A DNA stretch of 64,000 bases, taken from positions 1-64,000 of the IMG/VR virus record IMGVR_UViG_3300027777_000023; one strand, given 5' to 3'. A program made the translations under genes and the position numbers. How positions within the stretch are numbered: position 1 is the stretch's first letter; every line of letters begins with the position of its first letter. The DNA is from a virus. This document shows, in pieces, positions 55,109-64,000 of this stretch. Below the pieces are notes generated by a model. It was not told the origin of the DNA and did not search any database. It saw only the letters and a program-made list of their open reading frames with translations.

Positions 55109-57135
55109 TTCTTAAAAACTTCAGGTCTCATAGAGCACTAACACTAGACTTTGCTTCTGGTGTTACAGGCGTCTGTGGTGGTAATGGTAGTGGCAAGAGT
55201 AGTGTTGTTGAGGCGATAGTCTTTCTTCTTACAGGGGAAGGCTATGCTAAAAGCAAGAGCGACATGATCACTGTTGGACAAACAACAGGCTATGTCATAG
55301 GTCACTTACTCATTGACGGTAAAGAAGCCGTACTAGAACGCCACACAGACACTGCAAAGGTTAACTTCGTATACGATGGTGTGACATATAAGAAGAGTAG
55401 CGAGGTGAATGAGATTTGGGATAAACTATTTCAGATCGACAAACACATCCTTCAAAATGTAGTTGTAAGCAATCAGGGTGAAATAGCCCTACTGTTCAAC
55501 GGTGATGCAAGCACCAAGGAAAAGCTGTTTCAGAAGATCTTTATGGTGCCAAATACCACAAAGCTTCGAGATACGATCTGGAACAATTATATCAAGACTG
55601 CGCCTCCTGAATATCCAGTAAAGGACGAGACCTTGATTTCTAGCGAGATTCAGTGTGTTGAAAAGCTCATTGAAATGGCTACTGAAGAGTTGGCGACACA
55701 GCAGGTAAACGAAGACGAATACAACAAACTCATTGCTCGTAAAGCATACCTTGATAAAGTAGAAGAATCGCAGGCAGCACATAAACAGTTATCAGAAGAT
55801 ATCGATAAGTCTAACGAGGTAGTGGCAGCTAGTTCAAACGAGATAGCCTCACTACATACTAAGATGGCATCGATAGTTATAACTGACTATCGTGACTGCG
55901 TTGCTGCGCAGAAAGCTGCAAAGCCTATGCATGAGAACAAGCAAAGATGGCTAGCTAAAAAGGCCTCGTTGACTGCTCCGACGTGCGCAAAAGTAGATGA
56001 AACAGATATCGCCAAGCACAGAAATGCTGTAGCTGATCTGGAAGCAGAGCTGAAGACTAAGCGTGCGTCTGTGATTGAGCTTAATCGTAAACTGCAAGAG
56101 TACGAGAAGTCCGGGCTGAGTTCTGGTGTTTGTCCTACCTGCGGTACAGAGGTAGATAACATTGTAAAGCTCGTAGAGCATGTTAATAAAGAGTTGGAGC
56201 CTCTCATCGCAGAAGGTATAGCAATGAAATCCTCTCTAATAGCTGTCACAGCTGAAAGAGATAAAACTCTAGAGATGTTTAAACTGTGGGAAACCTACAG
56301 TAAAGCGCAGGCTGAAATTGACACAGCTCTGGACTCTATAGGAGAAGTTTTCTTCAATCAGGAAGACCTTGATCTGTGTCAGAGTGTTCTTGATAAATAC
56401 ACTGCATGGGAACTTGATCTAGCCTCACTACACAGAGGACACACGTCAGCACAGAGCAGAGTGAACGAGCAGACCCTGAAGCTCTCTTCGTTGACATCAT
56501 ATGATCGAGCTATGGACTCTTTCGAGGATGAGAGAAGGGCTGTAAATGATGTTTTGATTGTAGCGAGAGCGTCTAAGGAAAAAGCCAAAGCCCTAGAGAT
56601 CGAAATAGCTACCAACAAAGTATCATTAACCACAGCTCAGAAAGAACTGAAAGAAAACAGTGAATACATTGAAAAGAACAAGAAGCGAGAGGAATATGTG
56701 AGCGTATTGAATAGTTTGTACGAGCTGTTCCATACTTCTAAGTTTCCTCGCAGTCTCATTCAAACGTATGCCAGCACAGTTTCAGAGTATATGAATAGTG
56801 TGCTAGCTTCGTTTGACTTTCCATACACAGCCAAAGTAAACGAAAGTTTCGGGATTGATGTATTTAACGATGAAGGTCTGGAGTTGCCAGCTATATCAGG
56901 CGGCCAGCAAGTTATGGTCGGCTTTAGCTTACGTTTGGCCCTTCACAATATGTTTGTGGGAGCGTTCCCATTTATGATTGTTGACGAGGGGAGCTATGGA
57001 CTGAATAGTGAGAATGCAAAGAAGTACTTTGAAATTATTCGATCCCTAGGTAAAGATAGTAAGTTTAAACAAGTGATCGTTATCGACCATCATAACGAAC
57101 TCAGTGAATACGTAGACAACACCATTAATCTATGA
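55090..57135 (+). CDS. sbcC: Rad50/SbcC-like SMC ATPase
   Basis: Walker A 'GGNGSGKS', coiled coil with 'CPTC' hook, signature 'ISGGQ', Walker B 'IVDE'. Confidence 0.92.
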   Translation: MEIRKLILKNFRSHRALTLDFASGVTGVCGGNGSGKSSVVEAIVFLLTGEGYAKSKSDMITVGQTTGYVIGHLLIDGKEAVLERHTDTAKVNFVYDGVTYKKSSEVNEIWDKLFQIDKHILQNVVVSNQGEIALLFNGDASTKEKLFQKIFMVPNTTKLRDTIWNNYIKTAPPEYPVKDETLISSEIQCVEKLIEMATEELATQQVNEDEYNKLIARKAYLDKVEESQAAHKQLSEDIDKSNEVVAASSNEIASLHTKMASIVITDYRDCVAAQKAAKPMHENKQRWLAKKASLTAPTCAKVDETDIAKHRNAVADLEAELKTKRASVIELNRKLQEYEKSGLSSGVCPTCGTEVDNIVKLVEHVNKELEPLIAEGIAMKSSLIAVTAERDKTLEMFKLWETYSKAQAEIDTALDSIGEVFFNQEDLDLCQSVLDKYTAWELDLASLHRGHTSAQSRVNEQTLKLSSLTSYDRAMDSFEDERRAVNDVLIVARASKEKAKALEIEIATNKVSLTTAQKELKENSEYIEKNKKREEYVSVLNSLYELFHTSKFPRSLIQTYASTVSEYMNSVLASFDFPYTAKVNESFGIDVFNDEGLELPAISGGQQVMVGFSLRLALHNMFVGAFPFMIVDEGSYGLNSENAKKYFEIIRSLGKDSKFKQVIVIDHHNELSEYVDNTINL

Positions 57136-57332
57136 GTACAGACGAGAAAATACAAAGCTTACGGACCATCTTAAAATGGTACAACAGAAGTCATCGTTGG
57201 TTGACAGGGAATACAGATGGTAAACCTTCGGATTACGAGCAAAAGCTAGCTCGCGAATTGACCCTAGAACTCAACGAGTACCTGGATATACAATCAAACG
57301 AACAATGTACACATACGCAAAAGACATCGTAG
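57132..57332 (+). CDS. Hypothetical protein
   Basis: 66 aa. Confidence 0.45.
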   Translation: MSTDEKIQSLRTILKWYNRSHRWLTGNTDGKPSDYEQKLARELTLELNEYLDIQSNEQCTHTQKTS

Positions 57333-57517
57333 ATAAAGTTCGCATGACAAAGCTTCCGCCTTTTGGTCCTGGGTTTACAAAAGCACAGGCAGAAGAAGCA
57401 GCGACCATGGACGTATTATGCTCGTCGTTTAAAGACGACGGAGATGACTATACAGTGTTCGTATTAAAAAACAAAGATGGAAAAACCATCACAACAACAA
57501 GAGTAGACAACTATTAA
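57305..57517 (+). CDS. Hypothetical protein
   Basis: 70 aa. Confidence 0.5.
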   Translation: MYTYAKDIVDKVRMTKLPPFGPGFTKAQAEEAATMDVLCSSFKDDGDDYTVFVLKNKDGKTITTTRVDNY

Positions 57518-57518
57518 T

Positions 57519-57743
57519 ATGAGTAAAGAACCTAAAGACAACCTACTAATTCCACTATTGATAACTGCGGTGGCGGCTTATTTTGGACTTAAGGGTAGAA
57601 GTGAGAAGCTCGCAGAAATAGCGAAAGATCTCACGAACAGAGCCATCAATGACCAGGCTAGAGACAACCATAGAGACCGAGCAATTCGTCACCACGTTAA
57701 CCGCAAAGGTGCGCGAAGTCTGCAGGATAGATATTACGCATGA
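57519..57743 (+). CDS. Small membrane-anchored basic protein
   Basis: 'LLIPLLITAVAAYFGL' followed by an Arg-rich tail. Confidence 0.5.
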   Translation: MSKEPKDNLLIPLLITAVAAYFGLKGRSEKLAEIAKDLTNRAINDQARDNHRDRAIRHHVNRKGARSLQDRYYA

Positions 57744-59203
57744 AAATAAAGATAACTAGGTTTGACGGAGGCCTAAAAATAAATCCCTGTCCTGCCTATT
57801 TATCTAAGTTTTTGCGCTATCACCATCGCGAGATGAAGAGCGTTCAGTATAAACGTGAGTGTGTTTTTACTGAACGCCTTCTCTACGCTACTGATGTGGA
57901 CGGCTCAATATTTACATTGCCTGGGCTCTACCAAGACATTGTAAAGCTGTTGAATAAAAACTTAGACACACTAGAGCTGGAAGACTATCGAACGCCAATG
58001 CCTGATCCTGATTGGAATGAGGTAAAGAAAATTAAACTCAGGGATTATCAGGTAGAGCCTGTACTTGATCTCTTGTTCAAGGGTAAAGAGGACAGCGGTG
58101 TAATCAACGCTACCGGTGGTTTCGGTAAAACTCACTGTCAGGCAGTTACTTACGCAGCTTGGCACAACCTAAATACAATTCTAGCAATCCCGCTAAAACA
58201 AGTGGTGTTGCAGACGTATGAAAAGTTTAAGCGCTGGTTCCCGCATAAACATATAGGTATCGTGGGTGACGGTAAACATGATGTGAGTAATGACATTACC
58301 ATCACCACATTCAGGTCTATGCAAAACTGCGCACTGGAAAAGTGTCAATTACTGTTGGTTGACGAAATGCAATCAGCAGGACAAGACACATTCCAGAATG
58401 CACTAAAGCAAATGAAGCCTGTGCGTATGTTTGGATTTAGTGCCACCACCGAGGGAATCTTCAATAATACTGACAAGCTAATTAAAGGCTTGTTTGGTGA
58501 GGATCTCATATACTTCCCATACGAAGATGCTGAGGGTGCAGGGGCAGTTGTCCCAGGCATGGTGTATATGGTCCGAATGCCTGACTATCTATTTATGGAG
58601 AATTACACCAGCTTTGACGCCAAGTTCAAGCACGGCATCAAAAGGTGTGATAAGCGTAATGAGATTATCGGCAGAGTATGTTCGTTGATACCTAAAGAAT
58701 GGCAGACGATCATCTTTATCGATCACGTCAAAGATCACTTGATTCCATTGTTCAAGTATCTACCTAAAGAAACGAGGTACCTGCATCGCGAGAGTAGCAA
58801 GAAGAATGTAGGAGCATTTGCACTAAGCGCAAAGCAGCAAAGCAAAACAATCGAGGAGTTCAGTAATAATGAATTTTCTCAGCTAGTCGCATCCGACGCT
58901 TTCCGCGCAGGAGTTGATATTCCTAACTGCCGTGTAGTGGTGCAAGCTAGTGGAGGCAGTAGTAAAGTTGAAGTATTACAGGAAGCCTATCGAGGTAGCC
59001 GTATTCTCACCAGCGAGCAGATGGAAACATTCGACCTACCGCCAAAAACACATTTTGTTCTGGTAGATTTCATGGACAACCACGATCCTACTCTAGAGGG
59101 AATGGCTAAAAAACGCATCAAGTATTATGAGGAACAAGGCTGGACAGTGAACATAGTAAATTCCCCAAAAGAAATATCCTGGTACGATTACCCTAAAAAA
59201 TAA
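57740..59203 (+). CDS. Superfamily 2 helicase (UvsW-like)
   Basis: Q-motif 'LRDYQ', 'ATGGFGKT', 'LLVDEMQ', 'GFSAT', 'GVDIP', 'QEAYRGSR'. Confidence 0.88.
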   Translation: MKIKITRFDGGLKINPCPAYLSKFLRYHHREMKSVQYKRECVFTERLLYATDVDGSIFTLPGLYQDIVKLLNKNLDTLELEDYRTPMPDPDWNEVKKIKLRDYQVEPVLDLLFKGKEDSGVINATGGFGKTHCQAVTYAAWHNLNTILAIPLKQVVLQTYEKFKRWFPHKHIGIVGDGKHDVSNDITITTFRSMQNCALEKCQLLLVDEMQSAGQDTFQNALKQMKPVRMFGFSATTEGIFNNTDKLIKGLFGEDLIYFPYEDAEGAGAVVPGMVYMVRMPDYLFMENYTSFDAKFKHGIKRCDKRNEIIGRVCSLIPKEWQTIIFIDHVKDHLIPLFKYLPKETRYLHRESSKKNVGAFALSAKQQSKTIEEFSNNEFSQLVASDAFRAGVDIPNCRVVVQASGGSSKVEVLQEAYRGSRILTSEQMETFDLPPKTHFVLVDFMDNHDPTLEGMAKKRIKYYEEQGWTVNIVNSPKEISWYDYPKK

Positions 59204-59207
59204 TGTT

Positions 59208-59558
59208 ATGCTAAAAATAATAATCTGCTTGTTGTTGTTAACGACCACTGCTGCAAACGCCAAAATTTATCAAAGTGGTGTAGCCTCGTGGTATGGACGA
59301 GAAAACAAGATTTCCGCAGCAGGAAAAAAACTGCACAACGACACACCTGCTGCAGCACATAAAACATTACCTCTAGGGGCTAAAGTCAAAATTACATCAC
59401 TGAAGACTAAAAAGTCTGTCGTCGCTGTAATTGTCGATCGTGGACCATACACTAAAAACAGAATTATCGACGTGAATTTGCTTGCGGCTGTGCAGCTGGG
59501 TATGGTGAAATCAGGCACAGCGCGCGTAACAATCCAAAGACTAAACGAACATGAATAA
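59208..59558 (+). CDS. rlpA: RlpA-like DPBB lytic transglycosylase with signal peptide
   Basis: 'GVASWYG', 'AAAHKTLPLG', 'IVDRGPY', 'RIIDV'; N-terminal h-region ending in ANA. Confidence 0.9.
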   Translation: MLKIIICLLLLTTTAANAKIYQSGVASWYGRENKISAAGKKLHNDTPAAAHKTLPLGAKVKITSLKTKKSVVAVIVDRGPYTKNRIIDVNLLAAVQLGMVKSGTARVTIQRLNEHE

Positions 59559-59754
59559 CAAAGTAGATGAGACATTGAAAGCTCTTGAAGAGTATTGGAG
59601 AGAACGCCCATATCTAAGACTTGGGCAGATTGTGTATAACGCCTGGAGGCTGCAGTCCAGGAGCGAGTCAGACGTATTCTATATGTCAGATGACACATTC
59701 ATAAAAGGGTTGCAGTTACTGGGCGAGAACGAGAAGTATGAATCAAAGGGTTAA
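59551..59754 (+). CDS. Small protein (DUF1040/YihD-like)
   Basis: 'LEEYW...PYLRLGQIV...DVFYMSD'. Confidence 0.5.
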   Translation: MNNKVDETLKALEEYWRERPYLRLGQIVYNAWRLQSRSESDVFYMSDDTFIKGLQLLGENEKYESKG

Positions 59755-60646
59755 AGCTCTTCTCAAAGCTAAGTTTGGAAAAGTCACAGCAGCGTCGGGC
59801 GGGAGCTATAGAATTCCTTGCCCGACCTGTGACCCCAAACATAGCAAGAAGATGAAGCGCTACGTAAGCCCTGGCTGGGCTGAGAGCAAATGCTTCATCT
59901 GCGAAGAATCAATACCTCTTTGTGAGTTGCTTGGTGAGAATGTTGTTTTTGAGCGTGGGCCTGATGACGACAAGGAAGTTGAGTACAAGTATGCCACGAT
60001 ACTGCCGTATAATGATGCTATCAAATTATCAGGGCTAGACAAAAGCGATCCTGCGATACAGTTTCTCACAAAAGATCATTTGTTTAATTTTGAGTATTAC
60101 GACAGTCTCGGTATAAGGTATATCCCCAGCACTGCTGGTATGAACATCCAGTTTGACAGCGGCTTTACAGTAAACACTGCAAATAGCTTGTTCTTTCCTG
60201 TGTTCGGTAAAGACGATCAATACGCAGGTTGGCAACTACGTTTCATACCAAACACATGGAACGGCGACCGCTTTCAGTTCATGCGCTACATGCACCTTTT
60301 TCCTAAAGGCAACCATCTATTCAATTATGCTTTTGCAAAACAGTATAAAGACGTGGTGGTTGTCGAGGGTGTAAAGAAAGCATTAAAACTAGGAAACGCT
60401 GTGGCTACACTAGGCAAAGGCATATCAACGAATCAAAAGCAACTCATTCAAGAGTGGAAAACAGTAACTCTAATACTCGACGGCGAGGACAGTACTCAGG
60501 AGCTTGCTAGAGAAATCCAGCAAGAGTTCAAAGCTAATGGCAGGAAGTGTGTTAATATCGACCTACGAAAGTATGGTTTTGAATCTCCCGACGACACAAC
60601 CACAGAACAGCTTCAAAGCATAATTCAACAAGAACACACAAGGTAA
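59738..60646 (+). CDS. DNA primase (Zn finger plus Toprim)
   Basis: 'CPTC...CFIC', 'VVVEG', 'LILDGED'. Confidence 0.85.
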   Translation: MNQRVKALLKAKFGKVTAASGGSYRIPCPTCDPKHSKKMKRYVSPGWAESKCFICEESIPLCELLGENVVFERGPDDDKEVEYKYATILPYNDAIKLSGLDKSDPAIQFLTKDHLFNFEYYDSLGIRYIPSTAGMNIQFDSGFTVNTANSLFFPVFGKDDQYAGWQLRFIPNTWNGDRFQFMRYMHLFPKGNHLFNYAFAKQYKDVVVVEGVKKALKLGNAVATLGKGISTNQKQLIQEWKTVTLILDGEDSTQELAREIQQEFKANGRKCVNIDLRKYGFESPDDTTTEQLQSIIQQEHTR

Positions 60647-60653
60647 ACTATAC

Positions 60654-61223
60654 ATGGGAATAATGAAAGAACCGCCCGATCAAAGAATATTTGAAGATAT
60701 CCTCGGTTATTATATTGAAAAGAAAAGATTAACAAACAAGAAATACTTGTATATTCCTGCAGACAAGTATCTAGAGAATTTTGCTGAAGCCACTAGGATT
60801 TGCGCTCGTCATGAGATGCATCCGGCAAAATATGTAAACGTCATATATGACAATCTCGAAAAGAAAGAGTTCTTCTCTCCATCTCACCTATGTGGTGCAG
60901 GTGCAGTTAAGGTTGTACAGAAAGTATTGGAATCGGGTAATGACTACAAAGTCGAAATTACAAATGCTACTATAGACTATGTTGACGTGTGGCAGCAGCA
61001 GCGAAATCTGGCTATGCTATATGTGAAGCATGGTGAAAGTGTGGAATCTGTTCTAATGGATTCTTCACTGAAATTCTTTGCCTGGTATCGAATCTTGTCG
61101 ACACCTGAAAAGAACATGGAGATAGTCAACAAGTATAAGCGGATAGCCCGTGACGAACTAAACCGGAGCCTCACAGAGTTTATAAAAGCTCAAGGGCTAG
61201 ACCTAGACAGAATAAAAGATTAA
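60654..61223 (+). CDS. Hypothetical protein between primase and helicase
   Basis: 189 aa; function suggested only by position. Confidence 0.5.
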   Translation: MGIMKEPPDQRIFEDILGYYIEKKRLTNKKYLYIPADKYLENFAEATRICARHEMHPAKYVNVIYDNLEKKEFFSPSHLCGAGAVKVVQKVLESGNDYKVEITNATIDYVDVWQQQRNLAMLYVKHGESVESVLMDSSLKFFAWYRILSTPEKNMEIVNKYKRIARDELNRSLTEFIKAQGLDLDRIKD

Positions 61224-61225
61224 CT

Positions 61226-62629
61226 ATGAGCGATATATACAACGACGCAGACTATCTAGAGTTAACAATCAAATGCTTGTTCAAAGACAAAGCAACACTG
61301 CAGAAAGCGATTGAACTTGGTATAACCCCTAAAGATTTTGGTACTATTGAGGTATACCGGGCGTTTGTCTCGGTCGCCCTGAGTATTGCTTCCGCGCCGA
61401 TAGATCAACATCTCTGCTTACTTAAACTTAAAGCTGAATTGAAAGCCAGGGGTATCCTGCACCCGGAAGAGGCTCTTACTCTTTGGGAGTTCGTGTATCG
61501 AGGAGAGCCCCAAAACTCAGACTATGTAGCAAAGAATCTAGCAGACTTCATCAAGTTTCGCAGGTATCAGACCCTGAAAATCGACAAGCTCTCTAGTCCT
61601 GAGGAGCTGATCCATGAGGCGGCTCTTTTGGTGGCAGATATTGAATTGAAAAGTTCTTCCGGAGCAATCCGAGAATTCGATCCGTTTGAGAATCTGGTAC
61701 TGGTAGAGCACAAAGAAAGTCTTATGACAGGCTTTCCTCCTATTGACGCTGTGGCTCGGGGATTAAACTATCAGGAGTTTGGTATCATCCTAGGACATAG
61801 CGGTAGCGGGAAAACTGCGATGGGTGTATATTCTGCAGTACAGAACGCTAAGATGTACAAAAATGTATTGTATCTATCATTAGAGGAGCCTGCAGAGAAT
61901 ATTTGTAGTCGTGTGTATAGTAATATTTTTAGAATAAGCTACAGCGACCTACACAAAGGTTCTTCTTTTGCTCAGCAAGATCTCAAAGCGGCATGGGCCA
62001 ATATGAGCGATCGTGATCGAAAGGCGCTAAAGCATATAAAGATTCACGATATGCGCGAAGCCACGCCCTGCACCGCAAAATATATTCAGAACTATCTCGA
62101 TGATCTATATGAGCGCACAGGCTATCATCCTGACCTTGTGTATATCGACCAGATGGACTATCTAACTACGAGCGATAAAACAGACAGTGAATGGCAAAAA
62201 TACGGCAAAGTAGCTTTTGATGTGGATGATCTGACCAATCACCTTATCGGAGGCGAGCATATGTTCAGTGTGTGGTTATTGCACCAGGCTACAGGCAAGA
62301 TGACTCGTAAGTTCACTAACGGCGAAATCTCAGGCTTCAAGGGTATCATAAAGCCTGCAGACATGTGTCTGGCTATTGGTCGTGATAGCTCACAAGACAG
62401 TGTGGTAAGCATATTCTCCTTAAAGTCTCGACACGCTAAAAACTTCCAGTTCGACTTTCTTGCTGAGCTAGAGTTTATGAACTTTGAGCACCAGGATAAA
62501 GGTGCAGAAGCTCGAATGGCTGAAGAAGACAAAGATAAAAAGAAAACTAAAAAGAGTAACTTCAGCAACATACCTTGCAAGGCCGAGCTACTACCCTCAA
62601 CAACCTCAGGATTCAATGCAAGCACATGA
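61226..62629 (+). CDS. dnaB: DnaB-like replicative helicase
   Basis: 'GHSGSGKT', 'YLSLEE', 'YIDQMDYL', 'HQAT'. Confidence 0.9.
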   Translation: MSDIYNDADYLELTIKCLFKDKATLQKAIELGITPKDFGTIEVYRAFVSVALSIASAPIDQHLCLLKLKAELKARGILHPEEALTLWEFVYRGEPQNSDYVAKNLADFIKFRRYQTLKIDKLSSPEELIHEAALLVADIELKSSSGAIREFDPFENLVLVEHKESLMTGFPPIDAVARGLNYQEFGIILGHSGSGKTAMGVYSAVQNAKMYKNVLYLSLEEPAENICSRVYSNIFRISYSDLHKGSSFAQQDLKAAWANMSDRDRKALKHIKIHDMREATPCTAKYIQNYLDDLYERTGYHPDLVYIDQMDYLTTSDKTDSEWQKYGKVAFDVDDLTNHLIGGEHMFSVWLLHQATGKMTRKFTNGEISGFKGIIKPADMCLAIGRDSSQDSVVSIFSLKSRHAKNFQFDFLAELEFMNFEHQDKGAEARMAEEDKDKKKTKKSNFSNIPCKAELLPSTTSGFNAST

Positions 62630-63153
62630 CCATAACAGCTGAAGAGTTTACACGCGTATACAAAAGGTATTACCGTGTTCTCTTAAAAAATACTACCAGA
62701 CAGCTGAACAATCCAGACGAAGCTGCGGATGTTGTGCAGGACGTGTTTAAGGCATTGTTAAATCACCCAGACTACAGCAAACTTGAAAAAAATATTATGG
62801 GCTGGCTCACAACCTGCTGCAAAAACAAATGCTCCAATCTTGTGCATCGAGCAAAAACAAAAGCTAGATGCGCCAGTGCTCTTATGCGCGGATTAAACGT
62901 TTTTGCAGAAGAACCCAACCCGTTCGAGTACGCCTGTTTGCAGGAGCGAAACAATGAGTTACTGGAGACTATGGCTGACCTGAGCACTGCACAAGCAAAT
63001 GGGCTGCGTATGTATTATTTCAAACACATGACATATGAAGCCATCAGTGCGCAAACCAGAAAAAGCATAACAGCCGTGAGCACCCTACTAGAACGAGCAC
63101 GCAAAAAAATGAAGGTAAGACTGAAGGCACAAATACATGAGTTCCAATATTAA
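62626..63153 (+). CDS. ECF-type sigma factor
   Basis: 'EAADVVQDVF', 'WLTTCCKNK', region 4 'MTYEAIS...TAVSTLLERARKKM'; ATGA overlap with the helicase stop. Confidence 0.8.
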   Translation: MTITAEEFTRVYKRYYRVLLKNTTRQLNNPDEAADVVQDVFKALLNHPDYSKLEKNIMGWLTTCCKNKCSNLVHRAKTKARCASALMRGLNVFAEEPNPFEYACLQERNNELLETMADLSTAQANGLRMYYFKHMTYEAISAQTRKSITAVSTLLERARKKMKVRLKAQIHEFQY

Positions 63154-64000
63154 ATTAAAGATAGCTACACCTGTGGCTGAAGGATGTAAACCCGAGTTAC
63201 TCATCATATTCAGTCATCCAAACAAAGAAGACCTAGAGGCTAGAAAATTTGGTGTGGCCGGCTTTGCTACAACAGAAGTAAAGGCTGGACTAGCTGCTGC
63301 AGGTATACCCCTAGAAAAAGTGCATTTTACCGCTATGGTAAAGCACGGAATAGGCAGCAAAAGCAAGCCAAGTGCAGAAGACATTGAAGAGTTTGCACAA
63401 GAACTAGATAACGAGATAGAACAGATCAAGCCAAAGCTGATCATGCCTTTGGGTGCAGAGGTGTTTAAAAGGATAATGAAAGCTAACACAAAGATGGGCG
63501 ACTATCTTGGTGAGATCATTGATACCTCATACGGCAAAGCACTAGCAAACTACTCGCCAGGTATGATTGTAGCTATGGACCCTACAAAGCGTCCAGAGTT
63601 TAGAGATGTGTTTCTTCTCGCAAAGCGCGCACTAGACAACAATCTGAACTATGATAAATATCGATATATATTGGTAGATGATCCTGAAGTAAATAAAGCG
63701 ATACTTGAGAAGTATATCGAGCAGGAGAAATTTGACATTGGTTATGACGCTGAATGGTATACGGAGACCAAGTGGACAGATGATGAGGTAATGTATGAGT
63801 TTCAGTATAGTTGTGAAAAAGATGTAGCAATCATACTGAATATTAGTAAAGACGGCGTATCAGAGAATCGTGAGTTACTGGATACGATGAAGCTATTGCT
63901 AGAGCACCCAAAAGCTCGGCGTATGGGTTGGAATATCCGTGTGGACGATCTTCGACTTAGGCACAGAGGATTCGACCTACCAGACGAGACGCTGGCTTTC
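63137..64000 (+). CDS. DNA polymerase N-terminus: UDG-like domain plus 3'-5' exonuclease (3' truncated; not in ORF track)
   Basis: Manual translation is open to the window end: 'LLIIFSHP', 'EIEQIKPKLIMPLGAE', 'ANYSPG', ExoI 'IGYDAEW', ExoII 'GWNIRVD'. Confidence 0.75.
   Translation, partial: MSSNIKLKIATPVAEGCKPELLIIFSHPNKEDLEARKFGVAGFATTEVKAGLAAAGIPLEKVHFTAMVKHGIGSKSKPSAEDIEEFAQELDNEIEQIKPKLIMPLGAEVFKRIMKANTKMGDYLGEIIDTSYGKALANYSPGMIVAMDPTKRPEFRDVFLLAKRALDNNLNYDKYRYILVDDPEVNKAILEKYIEQEKFDIGYDAEWYTETKWTDDEVMYEFQYSCEKDVAIILNISKDGVSENRELLDTMKLLLEHPKARRMGWNIRVDDLRLRHRGFDLPDETLAF

Noticed and set aside
1-64000. CRISPR arrays, inteins, IS elements, integrase, rRNA
   Set aside because: No regularly spaced repeats, no intein splice motifs in terminase, helicases or the polymerase fragment, and no transposase, integrase or rRNA signatures seen by eye.

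Overview
This window is a 64 kb segment of a large tailed dsDNA phage genome, probably a myovirus; no host (cellular) chromosome genes are evident. From 1 to 31.7 kb is a + strand virion morphogenesis operon: tape-measure-like C-terminus, hub/gp25/J-like baseplate genes, an embedded sigma-70 gene, five paralogous fibre-like proteins and two giant fibronectin-III (FN3) repeat proteins of 3068 and 1689 aa. From 31.75 to 33.2 kb is an RNA island: a structured leader, tmRNA with a 31-aa tag, tRNA(CAU, Ile2-like) split by a 192-nt Azoarcus-type group I intron, and an antisense HNH endonuclease. From 33.2 to 40 kb are probable head/packaging genes including an inverted terminase large subunit. From 40 to 46 kb are an AT-hook protein and a Ycf46-like AAA/DUF3150/DUF1257/DUF2997 module, whose ATPase carries a second group I intron with a LAGLIDADG gene. 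From 46 to 55 kb are small accessory genes including three paralog families, SbcD and UvdE. From 55 to 64 kb is a replication block: SbcC, SF2 helicase, RlpA-like protein, primase, DnaB, ECF sigma and a UDG-exonuclease DNA polymerase cut by the window edge. The most unusual signals are (1) a tRNA intron with an intact core but a terminal A instead of the canonical omega-G, (2) one FN3 domain split between the two giant proteins, (3) the phage-borne AAA module, and (4) a roughly 7-fold K-x-A enrichment in one protein. All family assignments come from motif recognition by eye; no database search was run. A PVC-superphylum host is only a weak guess.
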